Origin: Haliotis rubra
Taxonomy: Eukaryota
Length of the DNA: 64,000 nt
Direction: 5' to 3'
Assembly (NCBI RefSeq): GCF_003918875.1
Contig: NW_025765024.1
Span: forward strand, 1-64,000
The notes below the pieces were generated by a model. The model had not been told where the DNA came from and searched no databases. It saw only the letters and a program-made list of their open reading frames with translations. Position numbers and translations under genes: made by a program. How positions within the stretch are numbered: position 1 is the stretch's first letter; the number at the start of each line of letters is the position of its first letter. Positions 14,521 to 25,676 of the stretch are shown here, piece by piece.

Positions 14521-14740
14521 GATAGTGAAGAGAAGATATAATCAAAGATCGGCCAGTTTAACGTTAATTAAAAATGACCATCTCTGTAGTCCAGTGGACA
14601 AGCGGGAAAACAAAGAGCGGGAAGGCCGGTGATAGGAAGAGGTCGATATAATCGAAAAGCCGGCCGTATTAACGTTAATTAAAAATGGTCTTCATCTTTG
14701 TAGTCTAGCGGGACAAAGAGAAAAGAGCGAAAGGTCGGTG
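14521..14740. repeat. Two-unit ~110-bp direct repeat
   Basis: gatag..gatataatc..ggcc..ttaacgttaattaaaaatg..gtagtc..gagcg..aagg.cggtg occurs twice. Confidence 0.75.
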
Positions 14741-14987
14741 GTCTGATGCCTTTCACGCTAAAGACAGGCTAAAGAGCAGCTTCTGTTGGTACCCTGGTCG
14801 CTGTGTCTGCTGGGGCCAGTGTACAGTGTCCGAGTGTGTGCGCATCCATCTTCGCGGGTGTACTGGTAATGCAACACGACACACACTTGCACGCACGCAT
14901 GTGTCGCAATTGAACGAGGTTGTTATCCCATCACTTCAAAGAACAATCTGGTTAAAGTCGCTTAGCCATATATTCAACTTCGTAACT

Positions 14988-15900
14988 GTCAAAGTCAAAA
15001 GATATTTATTGTAACAAGCCTCCGGCCCATATACAAGCAATACAAGGATATATACGTTACATTTCACAAAAAGGAATTACTGTTCAGGGTAAGATATTGC
15101 TCTCTAAGCTTTGATAACAGAATCGTTTTACATGTGCTGGATTACGTTTTACATTTTCATTTTGAGGATAGAATGAAAACAAAGGCAGTTGAAGATTTTA
15201 ACAGATAATTATTATTATGATCAGTTTGTTTAACAACTTTTCTACCTGGTTTCCAAATTATGAGACAAATCACGAGCGTATCTGCTGATTTCATAAATGA
15301 CTGTGCTAAATTTCTGTTCTGTTGTGCTATGATTTCAAGGTGTTATGGTTAATGCACTGGTCTCAAATGAAATCTAAACGGACTATAGTTCTGTGAATTA
15401 AGCTCTTATATGATCTATACAACTGATATTCTTGAACTATTGTTCATGCAGGAATGCCATCTTGATAATACAATAGATTGTTCTTGAAATTGCTTAAGAA
15501 ATAGGTTAATATTACTAAATTGTTTGATTTAGCCACAAACCCTGTCATCATTACGAGAAAATACAGATTCTAATATGAGACGCCCATGTTGGACTTTAAT
15601 TCCTATCATCTAAATGTACAAGCATGCTATAAGCTAGTTTTGGAATTCCGTTCGTATCTCAAGGATTTAACCAATATTTTAACCATCTGATTCAGAATTT
15701 ATATATATCGATATCTACCGCATTCTCCATAAACCATGGTTAAAAGTTTGCTTGCGCTATATTCGAAGATCTTTACATGCTAAAAGGTGTAGGTTGTCTT
15801 CGACATTCATTATGATGCTGAAATCCCAAATTTCAAAACCCACCCATAAAGCATAATCGTTGGATTTGTGAATCAAACAATTTGAAATTTTCCGTAAAAT
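14988..15900 (-). mobile_element. 5'-truncated CR1-like LINE 3' fragment
   Basis: Minus-strand tail gggccggaggcttgttacaataaatatc(ttttgac)n; decayed ORF2 C-terminal peptide similar in type to the 8.3-11.4 kb element. Confidence 0.6.
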
Positions 15901-16004
15901 TCGGCTCTTTCTTTAACCGGTTTCCGGAATATAGGATTGCTCTATATAGAAACCACGTCCAAGAAATTATTGTTCCCTACCGTGGCGATTCCTGGATTGC
16001 AATG

Positions 16005-16187
16005 GACCCGTAAAGATCCGGGGTAGAATAGGTCTTCAGCAACCCATGCATGCCGCAAAGGCCACTATGCTGTCGTCGAGGCGACTAACGGGATCGGGCT
16101 GCCAGACTCGCTGACTTGGCTGACATGTCATCGGTTCCCAATTGCGCAGATCGATACCCATGCTGTTACCGGATTGTCTGATTATTT
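16005..16187 (+). mobile_element. Headless SINE family B, 5' part (duplicated-hairpin variant)
   Basis: gacccgtaaagatccggggtagaataggtcttcagcaacccatgc..gaggcgactaacgggatcggg. Confidence 0.85.
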
Positions 16188-16989
16188 GATGGGCTCGTCT
16201 GCGAAAAGTAGGGACCTGCTAGGATTCGCCTGCTTTGCCAGTTCACCACCGTGATGAGCTGCCTGTTAATGACTACAAACCAGTGATTGATATCATGAAC
16301 ACCACTGCACGACGGTTACGATAGTACATAATCCCATATATCCAATTCACCCGATTTGGTCAAATATAACCCGTATTCCCAAATGGGGAGGAGACGCAGG
16401 AAATCTTTGAAAGAATCACATGAAGAATACCCATATATTAGCGGATGTATTTGTTTTGACTGTAGCCGACCCTGCCTGATTCGCTGACTTGTACCCAGGA
16501 ACCTACGCTGGTCGCCTTCCGAGATCTACCATAGAGTACACGCAACAAGTACAGTCTGTATGATGGGTTTGATAAGGAATGATGCCGTTCAGTAGAGCAT
16601 TTGGCCTCTAACGCGTAATGTACCTTAAGGAATCGGACGAGCATTGTATATTAAGCCAAGGTATGTGTGTAATGCAGATAATTTTTTGCAATTGTACATT
16701 GTAATTTTAAATGTAATCAAGTTGTGACATCAAGTCAAATTCTAGAATATCTCTTTTGAAAATCCGTGTGTGTCAATATTCACCCATGCAAATATTTCAT
16801 AACAGTAGTCGATAATAATAATACACAAACTTTGTTTCTTTGTTGGAGTTGGTAATTGGACAAAACAAGACATCCAGAGTTCCCACCGTCTGACCAGAAG
16901 GACGCGTCTGATAACAGGTTTCTCCACTCACCTCGTTCCTCTTAACCTTTTCTATACATGCCAATCAATTCTGGAGGTTTAAAGTCGAA

Positions 16990-17765
16990 GATTAATGTGG
17001 AGGTTCCTTCCAAGCGATAGAATTGTATTGTGCCTTTGCACATATTTATTTACTGACGATCCTCTGGTAATGGCATGTCAAGACTCCATGGTGAAGCAAT
17101 TCTATTCCACAGCTATTTTAAGCGTGCCAAGGTTGTTGGACAGAACCGGAAATTTGAGTTGATTATGTTGATGGCGATATACTGCTGGTTTGGTACAGCA
17201 ATGGAGTGGACCAGGTGAAGTCCTTCACCAAGTTCCGTCTGAGTCGGTCTTTTGCGGAGAAGCTTCTGAGAAGCCGCCATTGCGTCGATTGTACATGGTG
17301 TGGAATAGAATATTATCCTAATCGACTCCTCCGCCTGGATGGTGCCTCACCTGGTCTCAAATGTGAAACTGAGGGCTTCCTTTGTTGGTCAGGACCAGTC
17401 ACTTCCCACCTGCAATCGCCTTAATGTGATTCTAAAGGAAATACATGAAATGCCAACTGTGTAATGGTAAATATACAGAGATTGTCCACCTTTGCCAGTG
17501 GATGCCCTTCCTTTGGCACAAACAGCATATCTTGCGATACATGGCATGGCTCGTCGTTTTATTACCGTCTTCGCCATGCCTCTGGCTTCGATTCTGAGGT
17601 CCATCCATGGTACGACCCTGAATACGTCCAGGGTGTCATGGAAAATGATACTTTCAAACTTCTGCAGTGGAATAGTCAGCCCAGCATATAATAGCCTCAC
17701 GAACCGGCCACCTGACCTTGTGCTTTTTGATAAAGCTAATGAATTCATTTATATCGCCAGTCTTC
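16990..17765 (+). mobile_element. R4/NeSL-like RLE-type non-LTR retrotransposon 3' fragment
   Basis: GLKCETEGFL..QDQSLPT; SGCP.LAQTAYL..H; VMENDTFKLL.WN; NRPPDLVLFDK (PD motif of restriction-like endonuclease). Confidence 0.75.
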
Positions 17766-17769
17766 AACC

Positions 17770-18220
17770 TTTACGCACTGTCACGTGATTGGCAAGTATC
17801 CAGGAAAAGCATGATAAATATGCGACCCTGCCTTTGAAATGTCTCGCTTGCATCCCGGGCACACGGTCGTCAGGTTCCCCACATTGTTCCCGGTGCTCTT
17901 GAGCTTGCGCAATCTCCTGGTTCCCCTTTGGCGCGCAGATCAGGAGAGTGCCCGGGTTCTCCATCGAGAGCACAGCCCTTCAACACTCTGCAATGCAGAG
18001 GTGGCCGCAGAGTTGAAGTCTTCTATATTCTCCTGGTTTTTCCTGCGGGTCTGACTAGGCACGCAGTTTCCTGGAGAAGTCCCATCTGCTGTCTGGGCTG
18101 GGTGTGTAGAGAGGGCAAGGGCCCTGAGCTGATGACGAGCCTCTTACCAGCCTGACTGTGCCAGGATCACCCGAACCCTCTCTGCTGCATTTTCATCTTT
18201 AATCTGTAAAACATACGGTG
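17770..18220 (-). mobile_element. Possible Penelope-like ORF N-terminal fragment, inverted
   Basis: RRLRKLKSTGNNVGNLTT..ISK resembles the PLE VVNLS..LSKGL region; heavily frameshifted. Confidence 0.35.
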
Positions 18221-18229
18221 GTGAACAAT

Positions 18230-18720
18230 TTGCAACATGATGATGATTGGTCGTTCTTGTAATCAAGTGTCAGGCTTGCGTCACTTTACGGGCAAGGATC
18301 TGCGCTATCATGCGATGGATGACCTTGCTTGTTCTCCCGGTTCATGCATATTGAGATCGCATAACTGGTGGCCATGGCGAGGACGCGTGGACTGCGTCTC
18401 TGGTATCTTGGAGTCCTATAGAATGTAGCACATTAATAATGCATTGGATGCAAAGCCTGGAATTTAATGAATTAAAGCATTCCGATTCCAGCTCATATGT
18501 ATAAAATGGTATGACACTTGACGAAGTATATCGCGGGTGAAACCAACTGGCGGTTTTCATAGCTCGCTTGTCAAGGCCGGGTTCTCTTCCTACAAGTTAC
18601 AATGAGTGGAGGTCATCTGTTGTACCCACGCCCCGATGAAGGCAGGCAGCATGAAACTGCCAAAACCCATTTATCGAATGTTATTGACCACTAAGTAAAA
18701 TCCTTTAAGTTCGTAATTCA
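18230..18720 (+). mobile_element. Penelope-like element 3' end (GIY-YIG C-terminus + degenerate hammerhead)
   Basis: RHFTG..HAMDDL..ES..PGI.NE; ccgatgaa-ggcag..ctgcc-aaaac at 18633-18666. Confidence 0.55.
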
Positions 18721-18949
18721 ACTTTACTATAAAACCATTTTTACCTTTCCGGTTAAAACGATCCAAGTCATCGCGATTGATTCCATTCAACAACGTCATC
18801 TTGCTGTTTATGTTTTCAATTTAGTTCCGGAACAATTAACCACGCTTTCCGAATTAATGAAATGAAATAATTTATTTCTGGTGTACATTTTAAGCCCCAC
18901 GCTTTGATATCTTGGCTCACAGTACCAATAGTCAATGAAGTGGAGGTAT

Positions 18950-19100
18950 AGACCTGCTCACCCTTCTGCCCTATATCACCGTCAGCCGGATAATGCGTCC
19001 TCGAGGCGTTCGTGTAGAGTTGGTGCACCGTGTAGGTAGAGACAAGCTTTGACGGAAACCACGCCAAAACAGCCTGCAGGGGACTCTCAAATCTACCCAC
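18950..19100 (+). CDS. Exon: N-terminal half of SRCR domain
   Basis: EAFV..WCTV..FDGNHAKTACRGL..LP followed by donor gtgagt at 19101; frameshifted, start approximate. Confidence 0.55.
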
Positions 19101-19569
19101 GTGAGTAATATGTTTGTTTGCTTTGTTTGCTCGCGACGCCGTACTCGGCAATATCATAAATATATAACGTATAACCTGCAAATAGTATTACATGTAATTC
19201 ACATGTCTATTATGAACCAACATCCATACCATCTGGTTAATTGCTTCATCCAGTGGTACGCCAGGCAGGTCGCTGTAGAGTTGACCTCGCGATTAAATCC
19301 ATGTTTGTCCACGGGAGTGTCATGCGTTGAAAGAGTATGCTTAACATCCGTTTTTCCCCAGATTAAAGTGAGTGAGGAGTGAATCGAGCTGGGTTCGGCG
19401 TGACGAGAGAACACTATCACCACTTTGGCTTACCCCATTGTCCCCCAGATTGAAGCGTCAAATGTGTGAATGAGTGTACGTTTACGTAAGTTCAGCATTT
19501 CAGCCACATAGTGATGTGGTCCGTTACATTCGATATCGTTATCAATAATATTATGCATATTGTCCTGAT

Positions 19570-19957
19570 GTGAGGTGAGAGGTGAGAGGAGGTGAAATCG
19601 GGCTTAATCGTCGCGTTTGGAATATTTCGCTCATATGACTATCGTGCATGCGGGTGTAGGTATAAAAGCGGCTGTTTGTACTAGCCAAGACTGGAAGCTG
19701 GTTTTATAGTGCTAGCTCCACTAAGATACTCATGCCAGCAACGAAGCATGAATAATCCCACTTATCACATTATACTGACTCGGAGTTCGACCAGTCCTTG
19801 TTAAAATCGCATTTATGCCGGTCTGCAGGCAGTGTGATCAAACAAGCGCCATATTTAACGTCTTTATGGTATGACGCGCGGCTGGGGATCGAACTCTCTG
19901 ACTCTTCCGCTCTCCTGGGCAGACGCTCTTAACTCAATTACACCAACGGAGGCAGTC
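19570..19957 (-). mobile_element. tRNA-derived SINE family C
   Basis: (gaggt)n tail, gctggttttatagtgctagc core, tRNA B-box ggggatcgaac. Confidence 0.85.
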
Positions 19958-20029
19958 TCATTCTGGATGTGGTGACCGATTCTGTACTGATGCAAATTCC
20001 TTCCTGATCGATTTTAGTGATGGTCTAGG

Positions 20030-20785
20030 AGGTCTCCGGGTCGTTTCACCCCCAGTTTCAACCCGGGTAGTTTCCAATTCAGGTTGTTCCATCCCAATTC
20101 CAAATCCAGGTCAATTCATCCCCACATTGTTGGTTGTTTCACCCCTAATCAAGAAAGTAACTGTTGTTTCACCCCAACAAATTGAGTATACATGGAAAAT
20201 TGTATTAATGCTTAAATTCACCACCTGCCAATCCTAATTAGGCAATGTTTTTAACTGCTACTGTGTGATGGGTACATGGGACTGAAGCTTATATCTCATC
20301 TAATCCAGGATTGCCATATTATGTTCTCTGTTCCAATTTTGAGAAGTGAGGCTGATCAAGTGAAAACCCAATTGCGCCTGGTCTACAATGGTCTTCTTCA
20401 AGAGACAATAAGCAGATATTCATTAGCAAGATCCACGAGAAGCTTCTTAACCTCTGGATATCAGTATTAATGCATATGGAACTCTCCGCAAGTTCATATC
20501 CCTGTCCGTTGCAGTTTCTGCTATCGTCACATTACGCGAAGGACTTCACCCCTATCCCAATACTACTGCAGCCAATATGAACTGGATACAACAATTCCAG
20601 AAATCGTAATATGCTGTTTCGACCCTATACCTGGTAGATGAATAAAAATAAGCTGGTAAAACAATTTTATAGTAGATAATTATTATGCAAGGCTTCATTT
20701 ATTTTATTTATAAATTCATAATAGCCTACTGTAAATCTGTAACTTGGGGTGAATGTGTTTGGGGTGTAAATAACCTTTCTACCGA
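20030..20785. mobile_element. MITE-like element with inverted subterminal repeats
   Basis: Several gtttcacccc words at the left end and ggggtgaa/ggggtgtaaataacc at the right end. Confidence 0.45.
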
Positions 20786-20967
20786 AGAACAAATGGTTTA
20801 CTGACGTTCCTCCGGCGGATGAAGCGGATGGTCCCGTGACGTATCCTCTTTATTCTAATGACCTTCTTCTACCATTTATGACTTCAAGCTATGTGGTGTG
20901 TGATGCTGTAGCACGGTATCTATGGTGTGCCGACTTTCCAATTATTATATAAGCAGCTATGTTTCAG

Positions 20968-21138
20968 GAACTATGCCTGCCGTTGTTAAATGTCCTTTTC
21001 TTCGGAAGTGGTAGTGGGGAAATATGGGTGGATGAGCTCCAGTGTACTGGCAGTGAAGCATCATTGACTCATGTCCAAGGTCGACATAAAATAATAACCG
21101 CAATCAATGACAAGGATGTAGGGATCTTTTGCGCTCAA
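20968..21138 (+). CDS. Exon: C-terminal half of SRCR domain
   Basis: FFGSGSGEIWVDELQCTGSEASLTH..DKDVGIFC; acceptor tttcag, donor gtaagt at 21139. Confidence 0.85.
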
Positions 21139-21515
21139 GTAAGTAACTCCATTGGTGAACACCACCTCGCTACCATGTCATGTCGGGATTGCTAAATTTG
21201 ATATATGAAATCATTTTGTCAGTGCGTGAGAGGAGTATAGCAGGAAAATATTATATATTCGATGTAACATGGAACGTTTGTGAGGAAGTGTATTTGGGAT
21301 TGTAGACTGTTAAGAGACAGGTTAATGCAATACAAAGCAAACAAATTAAAAAATCGCACAAACAGGTTCCATCTTTAGCCACCCTCTTAACAATAATGCG
21401 CAACAGGGAAATCGAAACTCGACATTACCTATTTATTTGGTATATCCTTACGTGTACGGCAACTACATGTGCTAACCTATGTAAAACGTCTGGATGAATG
21501 TTCCATCTCTGAACA

Positions 21516-21804
21516 GACCCATGAAGATCTCGGGGTAGAATAGGGTCTTCAGCAACCCATGTGTCGCTATAAAGGCTACTATGCTTCAGTTCGTAAGAGG
21601 CGTAATTAACGGGATCGGGTGGCTCAGTTTCAAGCTGACTTGTTGACATTACGTCATCGGTTCCTGAATTGCGCAGATCGATGCTCATGCTGTTGATCAC
21701 TGGATTGTCTTGGTCCAGACTCGATTATTTGCTACAGACCGCCGCCAGAGGCTAGATGTTGCTGAGTATGGCGAAGCGGTAAAAATCCAAATTATCTCAC
21801 CTAC
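21516..21804 (+). mobile_element. Headless SINE family B, full length
   Basis: 14-bp TSD tccatctctgaaca (21502-21515 / 21805-21818); begins gacccatgaagatc. Confidence 0.9.
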
Positions 21805-22038
21805 TCCATCTCTGAACAAGTAACACTTCAAACTATCCCTTTCAAAACCTGGCTTTGCGGAGACATAACCAGGAGTGCCTATGTTATTATAATGAAACTT
21901 TGGCTACACCAACAAAGCTATTTGAAATCTACCTTTGGGATGCCAATGAAACATGTTGGGCTGGCGGGCAGAGGTTGTTTCCGGATTTTTATAACAAAAG
22001 CTTAATATTCCCTCACAGCATTTTCGTTCTATAACAAG

Positions 22039-22291
22039 TGTATCAGTTGAGTGTGGACACAGTCCGGGGTGTTGGCTGGAACTAGTCAGACTGTCACCTG
22101 TAACGTGAAGACGCTTTACCGACCTCGCCCTTCGTATACACGGATAGTTGTGGCACTACTGCGGAACATCCTCCACATTCACCAAAAGTCCCCGGTCAAC
22201 ACTCGATAAATGGCTAAGGAACCTGAGTGTGGTGTCCGATCGGGTGACAATGAATTGGGCAGGGCATCTCGCTCTACCGGATGCTGTGCCA
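22039..22291 (+). CDS. Exon: Ig-like domain (single copy)
   Basis: VLAGTSQTVTCNVK..GTSSTFTK..CGVRSGDNELGRAS; frameshifted, boundaries approximate. Confidence 0.55.
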
Positions 22292-23799
22292 GTATTTTGG
22301 TTTGTTAGTCGTGGATGGATTTAGTTGGAATGTTGTAAATTTCAGTATTATTCCGTACAGTTGGTTCAGAACTGAGTGATCACCACCGAATACACATTGC
22401 ACCTTGGCTAATTGGAACTGTGGCAACGAGCAAACAAGGTTTTATCCCACAGAAATACCCCTCCTGTGCCTTTCCCAGTAAGCCGAACACATGCTTGACT
22501 GTCATGAATAACCATCGTTCCCTGAATTTTGGTAGAAGTGGACCAAATATCTGCGTATTGAGGGGTACAAGATACTGCGTTTGTGAGGAACAAGTCTCAA
22601 GGTTTCAGAGAAACGCTTTGCGTCCCTTCCCTATGAAACGATGCGTACCAAATATCTTAATCTGCCTGCGCGAAAAGAGTATATACGTGCTGCCATCCTG
22701 TTTATGTGGAAGAAATAATGAGTCCCTAGGAGTTCTCATCATCCAACATCCCACCACAGTCTCCTGACATCAGAATCTTATGTTGCTGGATTTTATGTCA
22801 CTGAAGTGACCAACAACACCATCGGCAGTACCGTTCGGTCATCTCCTCGGCGGCCAGGCAACTAGTTCATGTAGATTTCCACGGCACATTTACAGCATCG
22901 TTTGTAAAATAATATGAAAGGGCATCACAACTCTAATTTAAGCTTAAAAATCCCACAGAGGATAATCAGTTGTCGACTTCATTCCAGCCGCACCCAACAG
23001 TGCACAATTATGGGAAGCTCATTTCAAAAGTTCACCGCCTTGATAGTGTTGGAATATTGTTAAAAGTTGATTTATAAAACCACATATCGTACCTTACCTA
23101 CCCATTCATCTTGTATCGTGATGGAATACCCGTAACGTAAACAAATGGCTAGCTTCTAGCGTCATATTCGCGCGGCCTCTTTCCCTTCAAAATAAGCTCG
23201 GTGGAGTGTCAAACTGTTTCAATTTGGAATTGACTGTTGGTCACCTGAAGACACAACAGTTATGTATGGACGTGTATTTTGTTGTGACCAACCTGACGTC
23301 TCTTGCCAAAACGAATAATATTTCATCCAAGGCAACAGATGCACAGCTGTATACAGTACGATGCTAAGTTTATCTCCCACGTTCCACACCCTGGTCACGT
23401 GGTATGATCTAATATGATACCAGCGCATGAAAAACATTTCCTGGTCTGAAGATATTAAATGCCTATCCAAGGTGATGGTGTATGCCTACGATCTTCATGT
23501 TCCCAAACACTATGTCAGCACTGTAAGAAATAGGAACGTGAAAACAGGAAATGGATCTTGTGCGTACCAATGCTTAGGAGATATTGTGTATGAAGCTTTA
23601 GTGGTGCTAAACCTTTGGGAAATTCTGTATACATTTTTATAAATATTCTCACCTTCACAGCAATAACATATCCCTGCGAACTTTCTGATATAATTTCTAA
23701 AATAATGCATTATCTAATTGATATTACCACCTTGGGAAAATCAACCAATACGATCTTGTCTCCTCGTGATACTCATTATTGCAGGAACTACAGAACAAA

Positions 23800-25300
23800 T
23801 CAGGTGTAGGGGCATAATTGTAAAGATAGCAAGGTGCAACAATTAGAAATACAGAACATCTAGTTTCCAAAGTTTCAGATGATACATCCCATATTTAGGT
23901 GGTAATGAAAAGTGTCCACAAAATGCCTTGCAAACATTGAATCGATTTCCGGCCTCCTCTTTCTGGTCTGAGAATAAAATGTAAGAAAACAAGAATTATT
24001 TGATAGCATCAATTAGAGGATCAAAACAACATTCTTATGTAAAAGTGGAAACTTAACTTCGGTCTCAAGCTGGATTCTTTAGCCTATTCTCGGGTATTGT
24101 ATTCTCTCTAAACCTAGCTGGAGATGGTTGAAAGGAACTATAAAGATCAAACTCAAAAAATAAAGAGACAAATGCAAATATAGATAGGCTCAGAAACCTT
24201 TACGTCCCTTTTGGTTTTGGATTGCTATCCTAAAAATCCCATTCTGCTGCTATCGGTAAACCACCAATTCCATTTCGCCCTACCTGACCAACCAAATGAC
24301 ATTACTATGAATGACCTTCGAAAACTCCATGACAAACCTGATAGCTAAGATTAAACGTATATCATAAAACAAAAATTCAGGCGGAGAGTGGTTTTAGAAT
24401 GCCTGGACATAAAAATAAACTATCAATGCTAAAGTCCTTGCTTGGTTTAAGAGAATGCTTTGGCGTTCATCGCAAAAGTATCTACTATCGCTTCCTTTCA
24501 GTGTGTCACAAAACATACAAGATATCCTCCTAAAGTGGGAAACGCTTATAAAAACAAAGTTATGAATATGAAAACCATGCTTTTGAAAAGACGTTCTTTT
24601 AGCATTATGGGGCTCTTATACGTCCTTTTGAAAACAAAAAAGTTGTTCAGGACAAAAATATTTTATCGCAATGTTTATGATATGATGACCAAGTTCTCCT
24701 GGATATGTACCCTCCCCTACGCTGCAAATGGGCATGTCACCATTTGTAAAATGATTTTACGTAAACATTGATAAGACATATTATGATATACTTATTCCAG
24801 TTTTAGACACCGCTATATATAGCTATAAAACGGAAACTGGAAAATGAACGTTGAACGGGATATCTAGATGAAAAGGAATGGAAATCCGTAAAGGAAAGGA
24901 TAATATGTCGAGCTTCATACAAATCTTAGACTTTAGGTGGTTCCACTATTCTTTAGTGCATCGAACCCGCTAACAAACATAATCTTGTGTTAGAAGGGAT
25001 AAGTAGAGACCAGAAAGTGGATTTTATATCTCTTGGTTAATGGTCCGATATTATCGAATTATATGGAAGCAAATTCTCAACCGGATAAGAACAAAGGAAT
25101 TATACTACATTAAGAACAGCATATCGTATTTTCTGAAAAAGGAACGATGTCCTTAATCTCCTGATAACAGTTGTCGTAAATCTGACTCTTTAAAATACGA
25201 ATATATACATGTGCGCCAGGTTTCCCGATATGATCAGGAAAGGAAATAGGTAAAAGTTGACAATATCGAGAGAATACATGCCATCTCTTCTTGTAATTTT
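23800..25300 (+). mobile_element. Decayed L1/Tx1-like LINE ORF2 3' region
   Basis: EKEWKSV..FRWFHYSLVHR (zf-RVT-like) at ~24870-24965; its last ~350 bp recur at 34121-34520. Confidence 0.55.
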
Positions 25301-25676
25301 ACCAATTCTTTTTTTTGGATTCTGGTCTGATTGCCATCAATAATTGTTTGATCGATATTAATATAGAACTTCTGTTTATTTTAAGGCAATGCCATCTATG
25401 CTATAATATGCCTGTCAATATGAGATATCGCAAAGATCTTTTATATACAAACGCATAGGTTAGTACTGATGCCATGATTTTGTACCTAAAATGATCGCCT
25501 TAAAAGACATATGTGTATTCCAGTGCGTCTTCCTAATTCAAACAAAACAATACATTACTGTTTCTTTGTAAGCGCCCATTCAGGGAGGAATTATATCCCG
25601 TTTTAAAAGAATACAACATTTTGTTTACGCGATATGAGACTCCGTGTAACATTACTCGTACAATAATGTATTATAG

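Noticed and set aside
14745-14830. Signal-peptide exon of the SRCR-Ig gene
   Set aside because: Hydrophobic stretch present but ATG out of frame and no clear donor site
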